NCBI GenBank assembly: GCA_964576615.1
Contig: CAZNUU010000001.1
Span: 95,309 to 159,308 of the forward strand
From: an uncultured Candidatus Saccharibacteria bacterium
Lineage (GTDB): Bacteria; Patescibacteriota; Minisyncoccia; Phycocordibacterales; DATDWN01
Direction of reading: 5' to 3'
Length of the DNA: 64,000 bases
The notes beneath the pieces were generated by a model. The model had not been told where the DNA came from, ran no database searches, and was given only the letters and a program-made list of their open reading frames with translations. The position numbers and the translations under genes were made by a program. Position 1 is the first letter of the stretch. Each line of letters opens with the position of its first letter. Of the stretch, positions 9,284-18,197 are shown one piece after another.

Positions 9284-10414
9284 ATGGGCAAGAGTTCGTT
9301 CGTCAACATGACGCATGCGGCTCTGGACGAGACACCCGCGAAGGAAATCATTCTTCGTGGCGTCGTCTCGCCGGCATCGCTTGGCTCACTGATGGTCGAT
9401 GACTATCAGCGAGAAGCGGCACCGCTTTCGTCGCTCAAGGGCATGCTCAAGGCGTTTGAGCAGGGCAGAACCCTGCCGGACATCGAGCTGGGCATGCGCG
9501 GTCAGCGTTTCGAGGAGAGCAAGACCGAGTCAGGTCTTTTTGTCCTCATGGACCCCGTCTACATCGTCGATGGGTTCCAGCGCGTCACCGCCGGGATGCA
9601 CCTTCAGGCTACCAAGCCCGAAGTGCCGATCCGCCTCGGTGCCACGATTCATTTCGGCACCACCAAGGAGTGGGAGTCCGAGCGCTTCCACATCTTGAAC
9701 ACGCTTCGGATGAAGGTCTCGGCCAACGTCCTCCTGCGCAACAAGCGGGAGACGAGCGAAGCCATCGCCATGCTCTACAGCCTGTCGACGACGGACAGGG
9801 GCTTCGCCCTCCACGATCGCATCAGCTGGAGACAGCGGATGACACGTGGGGAGCTCATCTCGGCGCTTTCCCTGGCAAAGGTCACGGGGTTGCTCCATTC
9901 TCACAAGGCGCCGAGTCGCCGTGTGCAGATGGACGAGCTCGTGCCGGCCCTGGACAGGGCTATCGAGATCTTCGGTTCCCACATCATGCGTGCCAACGTC
10001 GCGACGTTCTTCTCGCTCATCGACGAGTGCTGGGGCATCAAGCAAGTCCAGTATCGCGAGGGAGCGATCTACATGCGCGGCGCATTCCTGCACGTCCTGG
10101 CCCGGATTCTCTCCGATCACCACGACTTCTGGCGCGAGACCGATGAAAAGCGGCTCCTCGTTGAGGCACCGCTCCGTCGCAAACTCGCCCAGTTCCCGAT
10201 CCACGACCCGGGCGTCGTGAATCTGGCAAGCTCCGGTGGCAAGTCGAAGGACATTCTCTACGACCTCATCCGCAACCACATCAACAGTGGCAAGCGGTCG
10301 AAGAGACTGACCTGTCGTTACGGCGAACGGAGCGTCCCGGGTCTCGACGACGAGACGGATGATCAACCGGAATCGTCTAGCGTCGAGGAGCCGGCGACCA
10401 TCGTCTGCTCGTAG
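9284..10414 (+). CDS. DUF262/DGQHR-like (ParB/Srx-fold) domain protein, GC-rich cassette gene
   Basis: DDYQRE and IVDGFQRVTAG segments match the QR and DGQ(Q/H)R signature pair of DUF262/DndB-like domains. AGGAGTG SD, TTGACA-17-TAGTGT promoter and a perfect terminator. The many overlapping opposite-frame ORFs are high-GC artefacts. Confidence 0.6.
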   Translation: MGKSSFVNMTHAALDETPAKEIILRGVVSPASLGSLMVDDYQREAAPLSSLKGMLKAFEQGRTLPDIELGMRGQRFEESKTESGLFVLMDPVYIVDGFQRVTAGMHLQATKPEVPIRLGATIHFGTTKEWESERFHILNTLRMKVSANVLLRNKRETSEAIAMLYSLSTTDRGFALHDRISWRQRMTRGELISALSLAKVTGLLHSHKAPSRRVQMDELVPALDRAIEIFGSHIMRANVATFFSLIDECWGIKQVQYREGAIYMRGAFLHVLARILSDHHDFWRETDEKRLLVEAPLRRKLAQFPIHDPGVVNLASSGGKSKDILYDLIRNHINSGKRSKRLTCRYGERSVPGLDDETDDQPESSSVEEPATIVCS

Positions 10415-10428
10415 AGTGAAGGTGATGA

Positions 10429-10462
10429 GGGCGTTCACATCGCGTGAACGCCCTTTTCTTTT
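10429..10462 (+). terminator. Intrinsic terminator
   Basis: GGGCGTTCAC-ATCGC-GTGAACGCCC perfect 10-bp stem followed by TTTTCTTTT. Confidence 0.7.
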
Positions 10463-10521
10463 GCATAAAATAATTGACAAAGTTTTAGGAAAGGAATTTA
10501 CTTAAGAAAGAAGGAGGTGCG

Positions 10522-10839
10522 ATGGACATCGACACCTTGATCATGATCGCTGCAAGTTACATGGAAGACGATGAGTGGGATGAATTCGTCAATCTCGTTC
10601 AAGATCCTCAGCTGCTAGTCGCTGCTGCTCGTGTACTGCTTCTCGTGGACAACCTATGGGCTAAAGGGAAAATATCTGCACCTGTCGCCCAGGCATATTA
10701 CACCTCAACCGGACTCAGTGCAGTCTCAAAGGAAAAGCTTCGAACTAAATTTCTCCAGAATGAATACCTGGGAGAAAGATCAGGGAGAGGCGGAGCTGAA
10801 GAGACTCTCGTAGCTGCTGAACCGAAACTGGTGTGCTGA
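10522..10839 (+). CDS. Hypothetical protein
   Basis: GAAGGAGGTG SD directly upstream. TTGACA-17-TTTACT upstream. Moderately GC-rich. No motif recognised. Confidence 0.5.
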   Translation: MDIDTLIMIAASYMEDDEWDEFVNLVQDPQLLVAAARVLLLVDNLWAKGKISAPVAQAYYTSTGLSAVSKEKLRTKFLQNEYLGERSGRGGAEETLVAAEPKLVC

Positions 10840-10870
10840 AGGGCGGACGGTCCGAAGACCGTTCGCCTTT
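10840..10870. terminator. Hairpin terminator shared by convergent genes
   Basis: GGCGGACGGT-CCGAAG-ACCGTTCGCC followed by TTT. Confidence 0.5.
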
Positions 10871-10882
10871 GATGTTTATAAA

Positions 10883-11455
10883 TCAATATGCTCTCTTTCC
10901 GTAACTTCTAAACTTCGCTTTCCATCGTGCACGTCTTTCTGGAGAAATTTTTTTCATTGGTCCACATTTCTTTATCTTTGGAGAAAAACCAGCAAACCAA
11001 AGTATACCGTCTCGAATTTCATTTACATTATCGCCAAATAAAAACCTGGCAACCCAAGGTGGTGAATCCGATGTGACGAAGACGGTAGCGGTTCGTCCTT
11101 TTAATAACCTTTTCCACAACATACCGCTCGGCATAAACTTGTAAGCCATGCCAGGCAACCAGGCACGATCGAATAGGCCTTTGAGGAGTGCTGGCATAGT
11201 TGACCACCAAGAAGGGTAAACAATAACCAAGTGATCACACCATTTCACATCTTCTTGGAATTTTAACAAATCTGGCTCAAGCTCCTGGATAACTTTGTAA
11301 CCATGATGGAGAATTGGATCGAATTTCATATCACCCAGATTAGTTCGCCTGACTTCATGACCAGATTCGCGTGCACCTGCAGCATACGAGTCAGCAAACT
11401 CGCAGCACATACTAATAGTGTCAGGGTGACCTAGGAGAACAAATACTTTTTTCAT
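10883..11455 (-). CDS. NAD(P)H dehydrogenase (quinone), flavodoxin-like fold (KefF/MdaB-type)
   Basis: VLLGHP near the N-terminus, DLLKFQEDVKWCDHLVIVYPSWWSTMPALLKGLFDRAW signature. Confidence 0.8.
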   Translation of the reverse strand: MKKVFVLLGHPDTISMCCEFADSYAAGARESGHEVRRTNLGDMKFDPILHHGYKVIQELEPDLLKFQEDVKWCDHLVIVYPSWWSTMPALLKGLFDRAWLPGMAYKFMPSGMLWKRLLKGRTATVFVTSDSPPWVARFLFGDNVNEIRDGILWFAGFSPKIKKCGPMKKISPERRARWKAKFRSYGKRAY

Positions 11456-11503
11456 TTACTTTATTTTATCTAATTCTGGAAAACTGGTCTATGGAAAACT
11501 TTT

Positions 11504-12322
11504 TTGAGGTGCTATATTTTAAATATGTTTAAATGGAGATACCTGGTCGGACTGCTCCTCTTCGGTGCGGCTTCACTTACTGGACTGGTCTATTACTATC
11601 ATATCGACCCACAACTACTCACTACACTATCTTTTTACGAAAACCTAGCGAACCCTTATGTGAGAATCGTTCGAGTACAGGAGGGCCTGCGCAAGGAACA
11701 AATCGCGGATTTGATGGCAGAGAAGTTGGGTTGGGATGATGAGCAAAAACTGGAGTTTATAAACGCCCATCTGGCCTTAAATAGTACAAATCTAGAAGGT
11801 CACTACTTCCCAAAAACATATATGATACCGAAGGACGCCGATCCAATTGGTGTCACTGCGACAATGCTTCACGAATTTAGCACAGAGACCTCCAAGATTT
11901 CCAAGCCTAAAAAAAGCGACGTGGTAAATCAAGATACAGTTTTAAAAATTGCCTCGATAATTCAACGAGAAGCTGCTGGCAAAAGTGATATGAAGCTTAT
12001 CTCCGGCATAATTTGGAATCGCCTTTTTAGTGGAATGAAACTCCAAATTGATGCAACACTTCAGTACGCCAAAGGCACAGAAGAAAACGGCTGGTGGGAT
12101 GAAGTGAATTCAGATGACAAAAATATAAACTCATCCTATAACACATACCTTCACGCTGGGCTTCCTCCATCCCCCATCGCAAACCCAGGCTTGGCTGCTA
12201 TCGATGCGGCATACAACCCTCAAAAGACCAGCTGCCTATTTTACCTTCACGACAAATACAAGAGAATTCATTGTTCAGCTACCTACAACGGCCACCTGAA
12301 AAATATTGCGAGGTATTACTAA
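11504..12322 (+). CDS. mltG: Endolytic murein transglycosylase MltG (YceG family)
   Basis: N-terminal TM helix, EGHYFPKTY, ASIIQREA and YNTYLHAGLPPSPIANPG motifs. Confidence 0.85.
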   Translation: MRCYILNMFKWRYLVGLLLFGAASLTGLVYYYHIDPQLLTTLSFYENLANPYVRIVRVQEGLRKEQIADLMAEKLGWDDEQKLEFINAHLALNSTNLEGHYFPKTYMIPKDADPIGVTATMLHEFSTETSKISKPKKSDVVNQDTVLKIASIIQREAAGKSDMKLISGIIWNRLFSGMKLQIDATLQYAKGTEENGWWDEVNSDDKNINSSYNTYLHAGLPPSPIANPGLAAIDAAYNPQKTSCLFYLHDKYKRIHCSATYNGHLKNIARYY

Positions 12323-12371
12323 CTCAAAGAAACATTTGAACATCTAAGCATTTAAGCACCTGAGCACAAAA

Positions 12372-12404
12372 TACTCAGGGGTCTCCAGAGTATTTTGTTA
12401 TATG
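12372..12404. terminator. Palindromic hairpin, candidate bidirectional terminator
   Basis: ACAAAATACTC-loop-GAGTATTTTGT 11-bp stem. Confidence 0.4.
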
Positions 12405-12437
12405 TTCCTTGCTTAAACGTTTGTATGCTTCTGTGCT

Positions 12438-13121
12438 CTACAGTGGAGTTGTCGTTGTGGAGATCTTTGCTCCAGCCCGTAGTGTGTTTAGAAGTGCGTT
12501 GATGAGAGCTTGCTGTTTGTTAGCAATAAGTTGTTGCCTGATTTGTTCTGCAACAGCGTTTAGGGCCGGAGGGTTTTTCTGACCGTTAATTGCTTGCTGG
12601 TAATAACTTTTTATCTCCTGGACTGTAGCAGTAGCAGAGTTCATGTCGATTTTTGAGATTAGATATGATCGAACTGCAAGTTGCTTTGCTATATTTGCCC
12701 TTAGTTGAGCATCTGTTAGATTAGCGGCTGCAAGTTGACTTGCAAGCTTATCTGTTCCCCCAGCTTGCGAAACTAGTGTCTGGTATTGAGCATCAATTTG
12801 TTGCTGTGTTGCTGCAATTTTTGCCTTAGCAATTTCTTGGGAAACTAGTGCATCGTTTACCATGTCGTTAAGAACTTGAACTTTTACCTGAGCAATGATA
12901 GTTGAACTAGCAACATCAACCCCTTGAGATTTGAGGTTATTTAAAGCCGTTGTAACCTGAGCATCAAAAGCGTCTTTTGTAATTGGAGCATCATTTACAT
13001 AAGCTACGGCTACTGGGGCCTTACTTAGAGATGCCTTCTTACCACCATAGACAGCGATACCTGCAATACCTGCAATCACGACCACAATCACCACTATCGA
13101 AACTATTTTTTCTTTACTCAT
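12438..13121 (-). CDS. Membrane-anchored SurA-N-like chaperone domain protein
   Basis: N-terminal TM helix followed by a helical region resembling the SurA/PpiD N-terminal domain. Confidence 0.5.
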   Translation of the reverse strand: MSKEKIVSIVVIVVVIAGIAGIAVYGGKKASLSKAPVAVAYVNDAPITKDAFDAQVTTALNNLKSQGVDVASSTIIAQVKVQVLNDMVNDALVSQEIAKAKIAATQQQIDAQYQTLVSQAGGTDKLASQLAAANLTDAQLRANIAKQLAVRSYLISKIDMNSATATVQEIKSYYQQAINGQKNPPALNAVAEQIRQQLIANKQQALINALLNTLRAGAKISTTTTPL

Positions 13122-13182
13122 TTATTTTTGATTAATTAATACTGTAAAATCTATCTTAACATGCAAGCTTATCGTTGCAAGC

Positions 13183-13419
13183 CTAGTCATTATGCTCTAG
13201 TGCTTTTTTCCTTTCTTCGTACTCCTCCTTTGAAATTTCACCCTTAGCATAGCGCTCCCGTAACGTATCCATAGCGGGATCATAGAACATATGTCTGCCC
13301 CGCTTCATCCAACGATCGTGCCTGCTGCCACGTAAAAGCCAGAGAATAATCGCGATAACTAAAATCCAACTAATAATGGAGAAGAGAAAATGAAATGGAC
13401 TGTAATAGTAATACATCAT
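13183..13419 (-). CDS. SHOCT-domain membrane protein
   Basis: N-terminal TM helix. C-terminal RERYAKGEISKEEYEERKKAL matches the SHOCT motif. Confidence 0.65.
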   Translation of the reverse strand: MMYYYYSPFHFLFSIISWILVIAIILWLLRGSRHDRWMKRGRHMFYDPAMDTLRERYAKGEISKEEYEERKKALEHND

Positions 13420-13580
13420 GATAATTTTATTAAGCTAATAATAAGACGAAGGAATTATAGTTCCGCAGTATGAAAATAGCAAGAATGGTGTGGTCAGGGA
13501 TATTTTGCTCGTCGCCACTCGCAAAATTCCACGACCCTGCCTCGCCTGTTTTGTTTGCTAACAAAACATAGCTCCGGCTT

Positions 13581-13613
13581 CCACAAATCACAAAAGTCCC
13601 GAGCAGTCGGGAC
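13581..13613 (-). terminator. Intrinsic terminator of the minus-strand tRNA-Ala
   Basis: GTCCCGA-GCAG-TCGGGAC stem, followed on the minus strand by TTTTGTGATTTGTGG. Confidence 0.55.
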
Positions 13614-13628
13614 GTTTTGTGTGTTTTG

Positions 13629-13701
13629 TGGACCCTACCAGATTCGAACTGGTGACCTCCTCATTGCAAATGAGGCGCTCTACCAACTAAGCTAAGGGCC
13701 C
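13629..13701 (-). tRNA. tRNA-Ala (anticodon TGC)
   Basis: Canonical cloverleaf on the minus strand. Acceptor stem GGGCCCT/AGGGTCC with the G3:U70 Ala identity pair. Anticodon loop TTTGCAA, T-loop TTCGAAT. 73 nt, CCA not encoded. Confidence 0.9.
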
Positions 13702-13768
13702 AATGCGAACAAGATTAACAAATTTTGCAAATCTTCACAAGAAAAATATAATAAGAATCTACATATTT

Positions 13769-13839
13769 GGGCCCATAGTTAAGTGGTATAACACATCCAT
13801 GGCATGGATGTAGCGGGGGTCCGATTCCCCCTGGGTCCA
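13769..13839 (+). tRNA. tRNA-Ala (anticodon GGC), T-loop slightly atypical
   Basis: Acceptor GGGCCCA/TGGGTCC with G3:U70. Anticodon stem CATCC/GGATG with loop ATGGCAT. T-arm GGGGG-TCCGATT-CCCCC has C at position 55, which is unusual. Confidence 0.7.
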
Positions 13840-13840
13840 C

Positions 13841-13882
13841 TAAAAAATAAATCGCACTCACAGCCGGGGCCATGAGTGCGAT
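13841..13882 (-). terminator. Intrinsic terminator of the 13906..14607 gene
   Basis: ATCGCACTCA...TGAGTGCGAT 10-bp stem, followed on the minus strand by TTATTTTTTAG. Confidence 0.5.
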
Positions 13883-13905
13883 GTAAAACGTGAACAGTAT
13901 TCGTT

Positions 13906-14607
13906 TCAAGCGAGTGGGATGAGCCCACGTTCGCGGAGCGTCTTAACCAGGTACAGGCCATCCTCCAGACTGCCGACTGGTCTCTGCGGTTCGCCGTCGT
14001 GCTCCGTGAGCATGGCGTAGAGAGACCGATCGGGCACCGGTCCCCACAGACCGTGCTCCGGATGGTAGTTCCACCAGTTGCGACCGCAACTGCAGGTGAA
14101 ACACTTTTTCGGGAACTGTCCTCCCCCGGTCATGGACTCCCACGGAAACGGTGCTGAGGCGTTAGCCCTCAAGAGTTCCTGACAGACACACGGCCCGGTA
14201 TACGCGAGCTTAGGACCGTCGTATCTCTTGACCGGTCTCGATTCTACGACCCCGTGTTCGTCCTTCGCAGAGGACATGTAGAGACCGATTTGGGTCTTCA
14301 CGAAAGCTTCGATCGCGTCATCGAAGACCTTCGCGAGCGTGAACATCGGGCGTCCAGCCTTGTCCTGCCACGAGAAGTGCCCTCGCGGGTCGTGTTGGAC
14401 ATCCCAGATGATGTCATCGGATTCGCGACGCCCCTCAGCGACCCATCTGTGGCTTGAAGCGCAGTTCTCGGCGTAATCCATTGTGTAGATCTGGCCAGAG
14501 ACCTTGGTAGTGCCCTCAGCTTCTGCGAAGGTCTCGATGCACAAACGCTGGGCCGTATAGACAGGTGAACCGAGGGGCTCTTCTCTGCCCATCCACTGAT
14601 AAAGCAT
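13906..14607 (-). CDS. Hypothetical Cys-rich protein (GC-rich cassette gene next to the tRNA-Ala genes)
   Basis: TTGACA-17-TAGTCT promoter and AAGGGAG SD on the minus strand. Cys cluster CVCQ...CFTCSCGRNWW. No family recognised. Confidence 0.5.
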   Translation of the reverse strand: MLYQWMGREEPLGSPVYTAQRLCIETFAEAEGTTKVSGQIYTMDYAENCASSHRWVAEGRRESDDIIWDVQHDPRGHFSWQDKAGRPMFTLAKVFDDAIEAFVKTQIGLYMSSAKDEHGVVESRPVKRYDGPKLAYTGPCVCQELLRANASAPFPWESMTGGGQFPKKCFTCSCGRNWWNYHPEHGLWGPVPDRSLYAMLTEHDGEPQRPVGSLEDGLYLVKTLRERGLIPLA

Positions 14608-14642
14608 GATGTCTCCCTTTCTGGAAACTGATTTCCGACCAC

Positions 14643-14671
14643 AGACTACCAGTTATATTGCCTTATGTCAA
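14643..14671 (-). promoter_or_regulatory. Sigma70-like promoter (minus strand) for the 13906..14607 gene
   Basis: Reverse complement gives TTGACA (14666-14671), a 17-nt spacer, then TAGTCT (14643-14648). Confidence 0.4.
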
Positions 14672-14711
14672 AAGACAGATTTCTCACATAGTTTGCTAAT
14701 ATATATTTATT

Positions 14712-15215
14712 ATGGACATTATTTCTCATGGACTATACGGAGGGGCAGCGTTTGGCAGAAAAAATAAAAGAGATTACATCATCAGTTTTTTGTTTGGTAT
14801 GGGACCAGACCTCATGTCCTTTGGCGTTTATTTTGTTCTAGCGATTCTCGGCTTACAACCTTGGCCAGGTAAATTTGAGCCGCCCAACTACCCTGCTATT
14901 CCAGAGTATGTTCACAAGCTATACAACGCAAGCCACAGTCTAGTTATATACGCAATATTTTTTGGAATAATTTGGTTTCTAGGCTACAAATCTTTTGCCA
15001 AACTGACTCTAGCTTGGCCACTTCATATTTTGGTTGATATCCCAACTCACTCTACAAATTTCTTCCCAACCCCCTTTCTTTGGCCAATTTCAAATCTGCA
15101 TGTAAACGGAATCCCTTGGAGCGAGCCCGCTATTTTTATCCCAGATATTATAGTTATAGCTATAATTTATATTTATTGGTATTTGAAAAATAAACGCAAA
15201 CTACAAAAACAATAA
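14712..15215 (+). CDS. Hypothetical membrane protein
   Basis: Several hydrophobic segments. AT-rich native composition. Confidence 0.55.
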   Translation: MDIISHGLYGGAAFGRKNKRDYIISFLFGMGPDLMSFGVYFVLAILGLQPWPGKFEPPNYPAIPEYVHKLYNASHSLVIYAIFFGIIWFLGYKSFAKLTLAWPLHILVDIPTHSTNFFPTPFLWPISNLHVNGIPWSEPAIFIPDIIVIAIIYIYWYLKNKRKLQKQ

Positions 15216-16466
15216 ATTTCTATCTTTATCATCCGCATCAGTTCCCTTCACCTTATGATCCAGGGACTTGTGAGTCGAAGCGAGGTAAACCACATTTTTG
15301 CCAAATTTTTCCTCGAGAGAATCGATCTGTTCGTGCACGGCATCAAATTTATTTATTTTTTCCACCTGGCCAAACAGATCAAGTTGCTGGGCTTCGATTG
15401 GCACCAGCTCGCGCAGAACAACTCCAGTGGTTCGATATAAAATCCCAGTTTTGTGCATTCTGGAAAAATACTTCCTAGCTAGAGTTGTTATTGCTTCGGG
15501 ATTATTTGATCTTATTTCAAGTGGCAACTCAGTGACGTGGTATTTAAACTCTTGGGTCTTGAGGAAAAATAAAACTTTCTTAGGTACAAGTTTGTAATAC
15601 CTAGCCTTATCACAAGCCAGTTCGATATTTTTGGAAAGTTGGGAGAGAAGAAAAATTTTATCGTCAGTCGCTGGCCAAAAAGTCCTAGTTTTTTGAATCG
15701 AGGAATAATCTTCCTTGCGACTAGAGTCAATTTTCATAATCGGAGTACCGCGAAGTTCCTGCCAAATAACTTCATACGGTTTCGACATATTCTCTCTTAT
15801 CCACCCAATATCTTTATTTATAAAATCTAGTGCAGTCAAAACTTGTTTTGTACCTAAAAATTCTGAAGTCCTTCTACCAATCCCCCAAATTTTTCCTATA
15901 GGAGTTTTGACTAGAAAATCCGGAATCTTTTCTTTGGTTATTTGGGTTAAACCATCCGGCTTTTGCCATTTTGATGCAACCTTGGCTAAAGACTTGGTCG
16001 AAGCAACACCGAGCGAGATAGATAAATCCAATTCCTTATTTATTTCTTTTTTTATTTGTTTTGCTATTTCAAAATAAGTCATCTTAAAAGGAACATCCCA
16101 ACCCGTGAGATCTGCGAAACATTCGTCGATAGAATACTCCTCGACTTCGTCCGCATATCTACGAACAACATTGAACATCTCACGTGAAAATTTTGCATAA
16201 GAAGCATAGTCCCCTGGCAAAACAATTACTTGAGGAAAATATTTTTTGATTTTATAAATTGGAAAGCCCCGAGATAATCCGAGCGCCTTTGCCTCATACG
16301 AGAGAGCTGAGGCAATCCCGCGTTCTTCGCCCGTAACCACAGGTAAACCTCTTAATCTTGGGTTTTTAGCCACCTCACAGGCGACAAAAAAAGCATCTCC
16401 ATCCATATGTAAAATGGTTTTTTCTTTCACCTCTATATTATAGGTGAACTCTAGTTCACCATGCAA
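15201..16466 (-). CDS. dinB: Y-family DNA polymerase (DinB/Pol IV-like)
   Basis: ILHMDGDAFFVACE and SIDECFADLTG catalytic motifs. Confidence 0.85.
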   Translation of the reverse strand: MHGELEFTYNIEVKEKTILHMDGDAFFVACEVAKNPRLRGLPVVTGEERGIASALSYEAKALGLSRGFPIYKIKKYFPQVIVLPGDYASYAKFSREMFNVVRRYADEVEEYSIDECFADLTGWDVPFKMTYFEIAKQIKKEINKELDLSISLGVASTKSLAKVASKWQKPDGLTQITKEKIPDFLVKTPIGKIWGIGRRTSEFLGTKQVLTALDFINKDIGWIRENMSKPYEVIWQELRGTPIMKIDSSRKEDYSSIQKTRTFWPATDDKIFLLSQLSKNIELACDKARYYKLVPKKVLFFLKTQEFKYHVTELPLEIRSNNPEAITTLARKYFSRMHKTGILYRTTGVVLRELVPIEAQQLDLFGQVEKINKFDAVHEQIDSLEEKFGKNVVYLASTHKSLDHKVKGTDADDKDRNLLFL

Positions 16467-16471
16467 CTGGA

Positions 16472-17155
16472 CTAGTCACGCAGAACTTGACCTATTTTGT
16501 CTAAAACTACTTTAGATGCAGCTTGGAAATCCTCAGCTTTAGGATTCTGTTTGTTTATTAAATCCTTAGCTTTTATTTGGGGAAGTATAGTTAAAACTAC
16601 TTTTCTACGTCTCAGTAAAAAATCTTTCCAGGTCATACCAAAAAAAGTATCGATGGCAATGGGCAGGACAGAAACTCCAGTTATATAAACCATGTATCCT
16701 ATGCCACCGCGTGGAGGATTTAGACTGCCGTCAACCGATCTTTTGCCTTCTGGAAAAATAAAAACAGTTCTGCCTTTAACTAGAAGTTTTAGATGATCCT
16801 CTAAAGAAATCCCATAATTCTTATAACCAGTGTGAATTGAATAAGCGCCGAGCATATTAAAAAATCTGCCACCGTATATATAACCTCGCCAACCAAAAGT
16901 CTTGTACCTCTCCGCTGGATTGGAGACATAAAACAGAGGAAATAGTTTGGAAAAAAATGGTAAAGCCAAGCCAAATGCAGTCGGATCTATCTCACTTGTG
17001 TGATTGGAGGCGATGATGATGGGCGACGATAGCCCTTCTAAATTTTCTTGCCCTTTTATTTCAAGTCTTACAAAGAACTTATATATGGGCCAGAAAATTA
17101 TATACCCCAGTTTCTGTAAGAGAAACGGAGTGTAATAGTAGTAGTGTTTTTTCAT
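16472..17155 (-). CDS. plsC: 1-acyl-sn-glycerol-3-phosphate acyltransferase (PlsC family)
   Basis: NHTSEIDP (HX4D) and FPEGKRS motifs. Start placed at the internal Met to avoid an 80-nt overlap with trhO. Confidence 0.8.
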   Translation of the reverse strand: MKKHYYYYTPFLLQKLGYIIFWPIYKFFVRLEIKGQENLEGLSSPIIIASNHTSEIDPTAFGLALPFFSKLFPLFYVSNPAERYKTFGWRGYIYGGRFFNMLGAYSIHTGYKNYGISLEDHLKLLVKGRTVFIFPEGKRSVDGSLNPPRGGIGYMVYITGVSVLPIAIDTFFGMTWKDFLLRRRKVVLTILPQIKAKDLINKQNPKAEDFQAASKVVLDKIGQVLRD

Positions 17156-17165
17156 CCCGTACGAA

Positions 17166-18059
17166 TTATGTGACAGCCGATAAGATTTTATCTCTACAAA
17201 TTTTACCACAAAAGGCTCTGCCATCCTCTTCCGAACAATCCACACAGCACAAAAAATGTTTGTTACACTCCGGATTTTTGCAATTTACATATCTCTCAGA
17301 GAGAATGCCGCATTTATCGCATCTTCCTACCACCTTGTGCTTTTCGCTTGGGTCAAAGTCCATGGTAATCCTGCCATCAAAAACATAGAGTGTGCCTTCA
17401 AATTCCTGAGCTGGAAATTTTTCCATGTATGTCACAATTCCTCCATCCAGCTGATAGACATCTTTAAACCCTTCTCGGACTAAAAGACCCGAAGATTTTT
17501 CACACCTAACCCCACCCGTGCAGACGGTCAGAATAGTTTCATTTTCAAATTCTCGCAAATCTTTTAGTGCACTCGGTACATCCCGAAAATTTTCAAGATT
17601 TGGTATTATGGAATCCTTGAATCTACCGACTTTATACTCATAATCATTTCTCATATCCACAATGTGGAATTTCTTACCGGATTCATACCATTGTTTGAGT
17701 TCCTCTGGTTTTAGATGTTTTCCGGTAACTTCATTTGGATTTATATCTTTTTCTAAGTGGAGCGAAACTATTTCTGGACGAACTTTTACAGAAAGCTTTG
17801 GAAAAGCATCGCCTGTGCCCACACTCTTTTTTATATGTGTGCCCGCAAACCTTTCATCAGAGAGAAATTGGTCTAAATATTTTTGTATATTTTCATTTGT
17901 ACCCTCTAAAGTTGCATTGATTCCCTCCTGCGCCACAATCACTCGCCCTTTTAAATTTAGTTTTGTGCATAAATCAAATTGCTCATCCCGAAGTACTTTG
18001 GGAAAAGCGATATTTACATATTTATAAAATAGGATGATTGTGTATGGTTCCATCGTCAA
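17166..18059 (-). CDS. trhO: tRNA uridine(34) hydroxylase TrhO (rhodanese-domain, YceA family)
   Basis: Rhodanese active-site CTGGVRCEK and a Cys-rich C-terminal tail. Confidence 0.8.
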   Translation of the reverse strand: MTMEPYTIILFYKYVNIAFPKVLRDEQFDLCTKLNLKGRVIVAQEGINATLEGTNENIQKYLDQFLSDERFAGTHIKKSVGTGDAFPKLSVKVRPEIVSLHLEKDINPNEVTGKHLKPEELKQWYESGKKFHIVDMRNDYEYKVGRFKDSIIPNLENFRDVPSALKDLREFENETILTVCTGGVRCEKSSGLLVREGFKDVYQLDGGIVTYMEKFPAQEFEGTLYVFDGRITMDFDPSEKHKVVGRCDKCGILSERYVNCKNPECNKHFLCCVDCSEEDGRAFCGKICRDKILSAVT

Positions 18060-18197
18060 AGACTACCAAAAAACCGGAGAACATCCAAATTTGGATGAAA
18101 TCCGACGTGAGAATTTGAAAAGGCGAGGAGCCTTATCGAGTATAAGGTGACAAGCATTTTCAAATTGGGAACGAGGAGTTCGTCAAATTTGGATGTT

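Noticed and set aside
9399-10480. Five overlapping ORFs (9399..9698, 9530..10480 minus, 9670..10146, 9846..10220, 10038..10229) inside the DGQHR-like gene
   Set aside because: These are alternative frames of a GC-rich gene. They have no SD, and the 9284..10414 frame carries the conserved motifs, the SD and the terminator.
13715-13961. ORFs 13715..13909 and 13779..13961 (minus)
   Set aside because: They overlap the tRNA-Ala(GGC) gene and its terminator. One uses a TTG start. They are spurious.
16472-17245. Full-length PlsC ORF as given in the track (257 aa)
   Set aside because: It would overlap trhO by 80 nt in the same orientation. The internal Met at 17155 gives a non-overlapping start and the conserved HX4D motif lies downstream of it.
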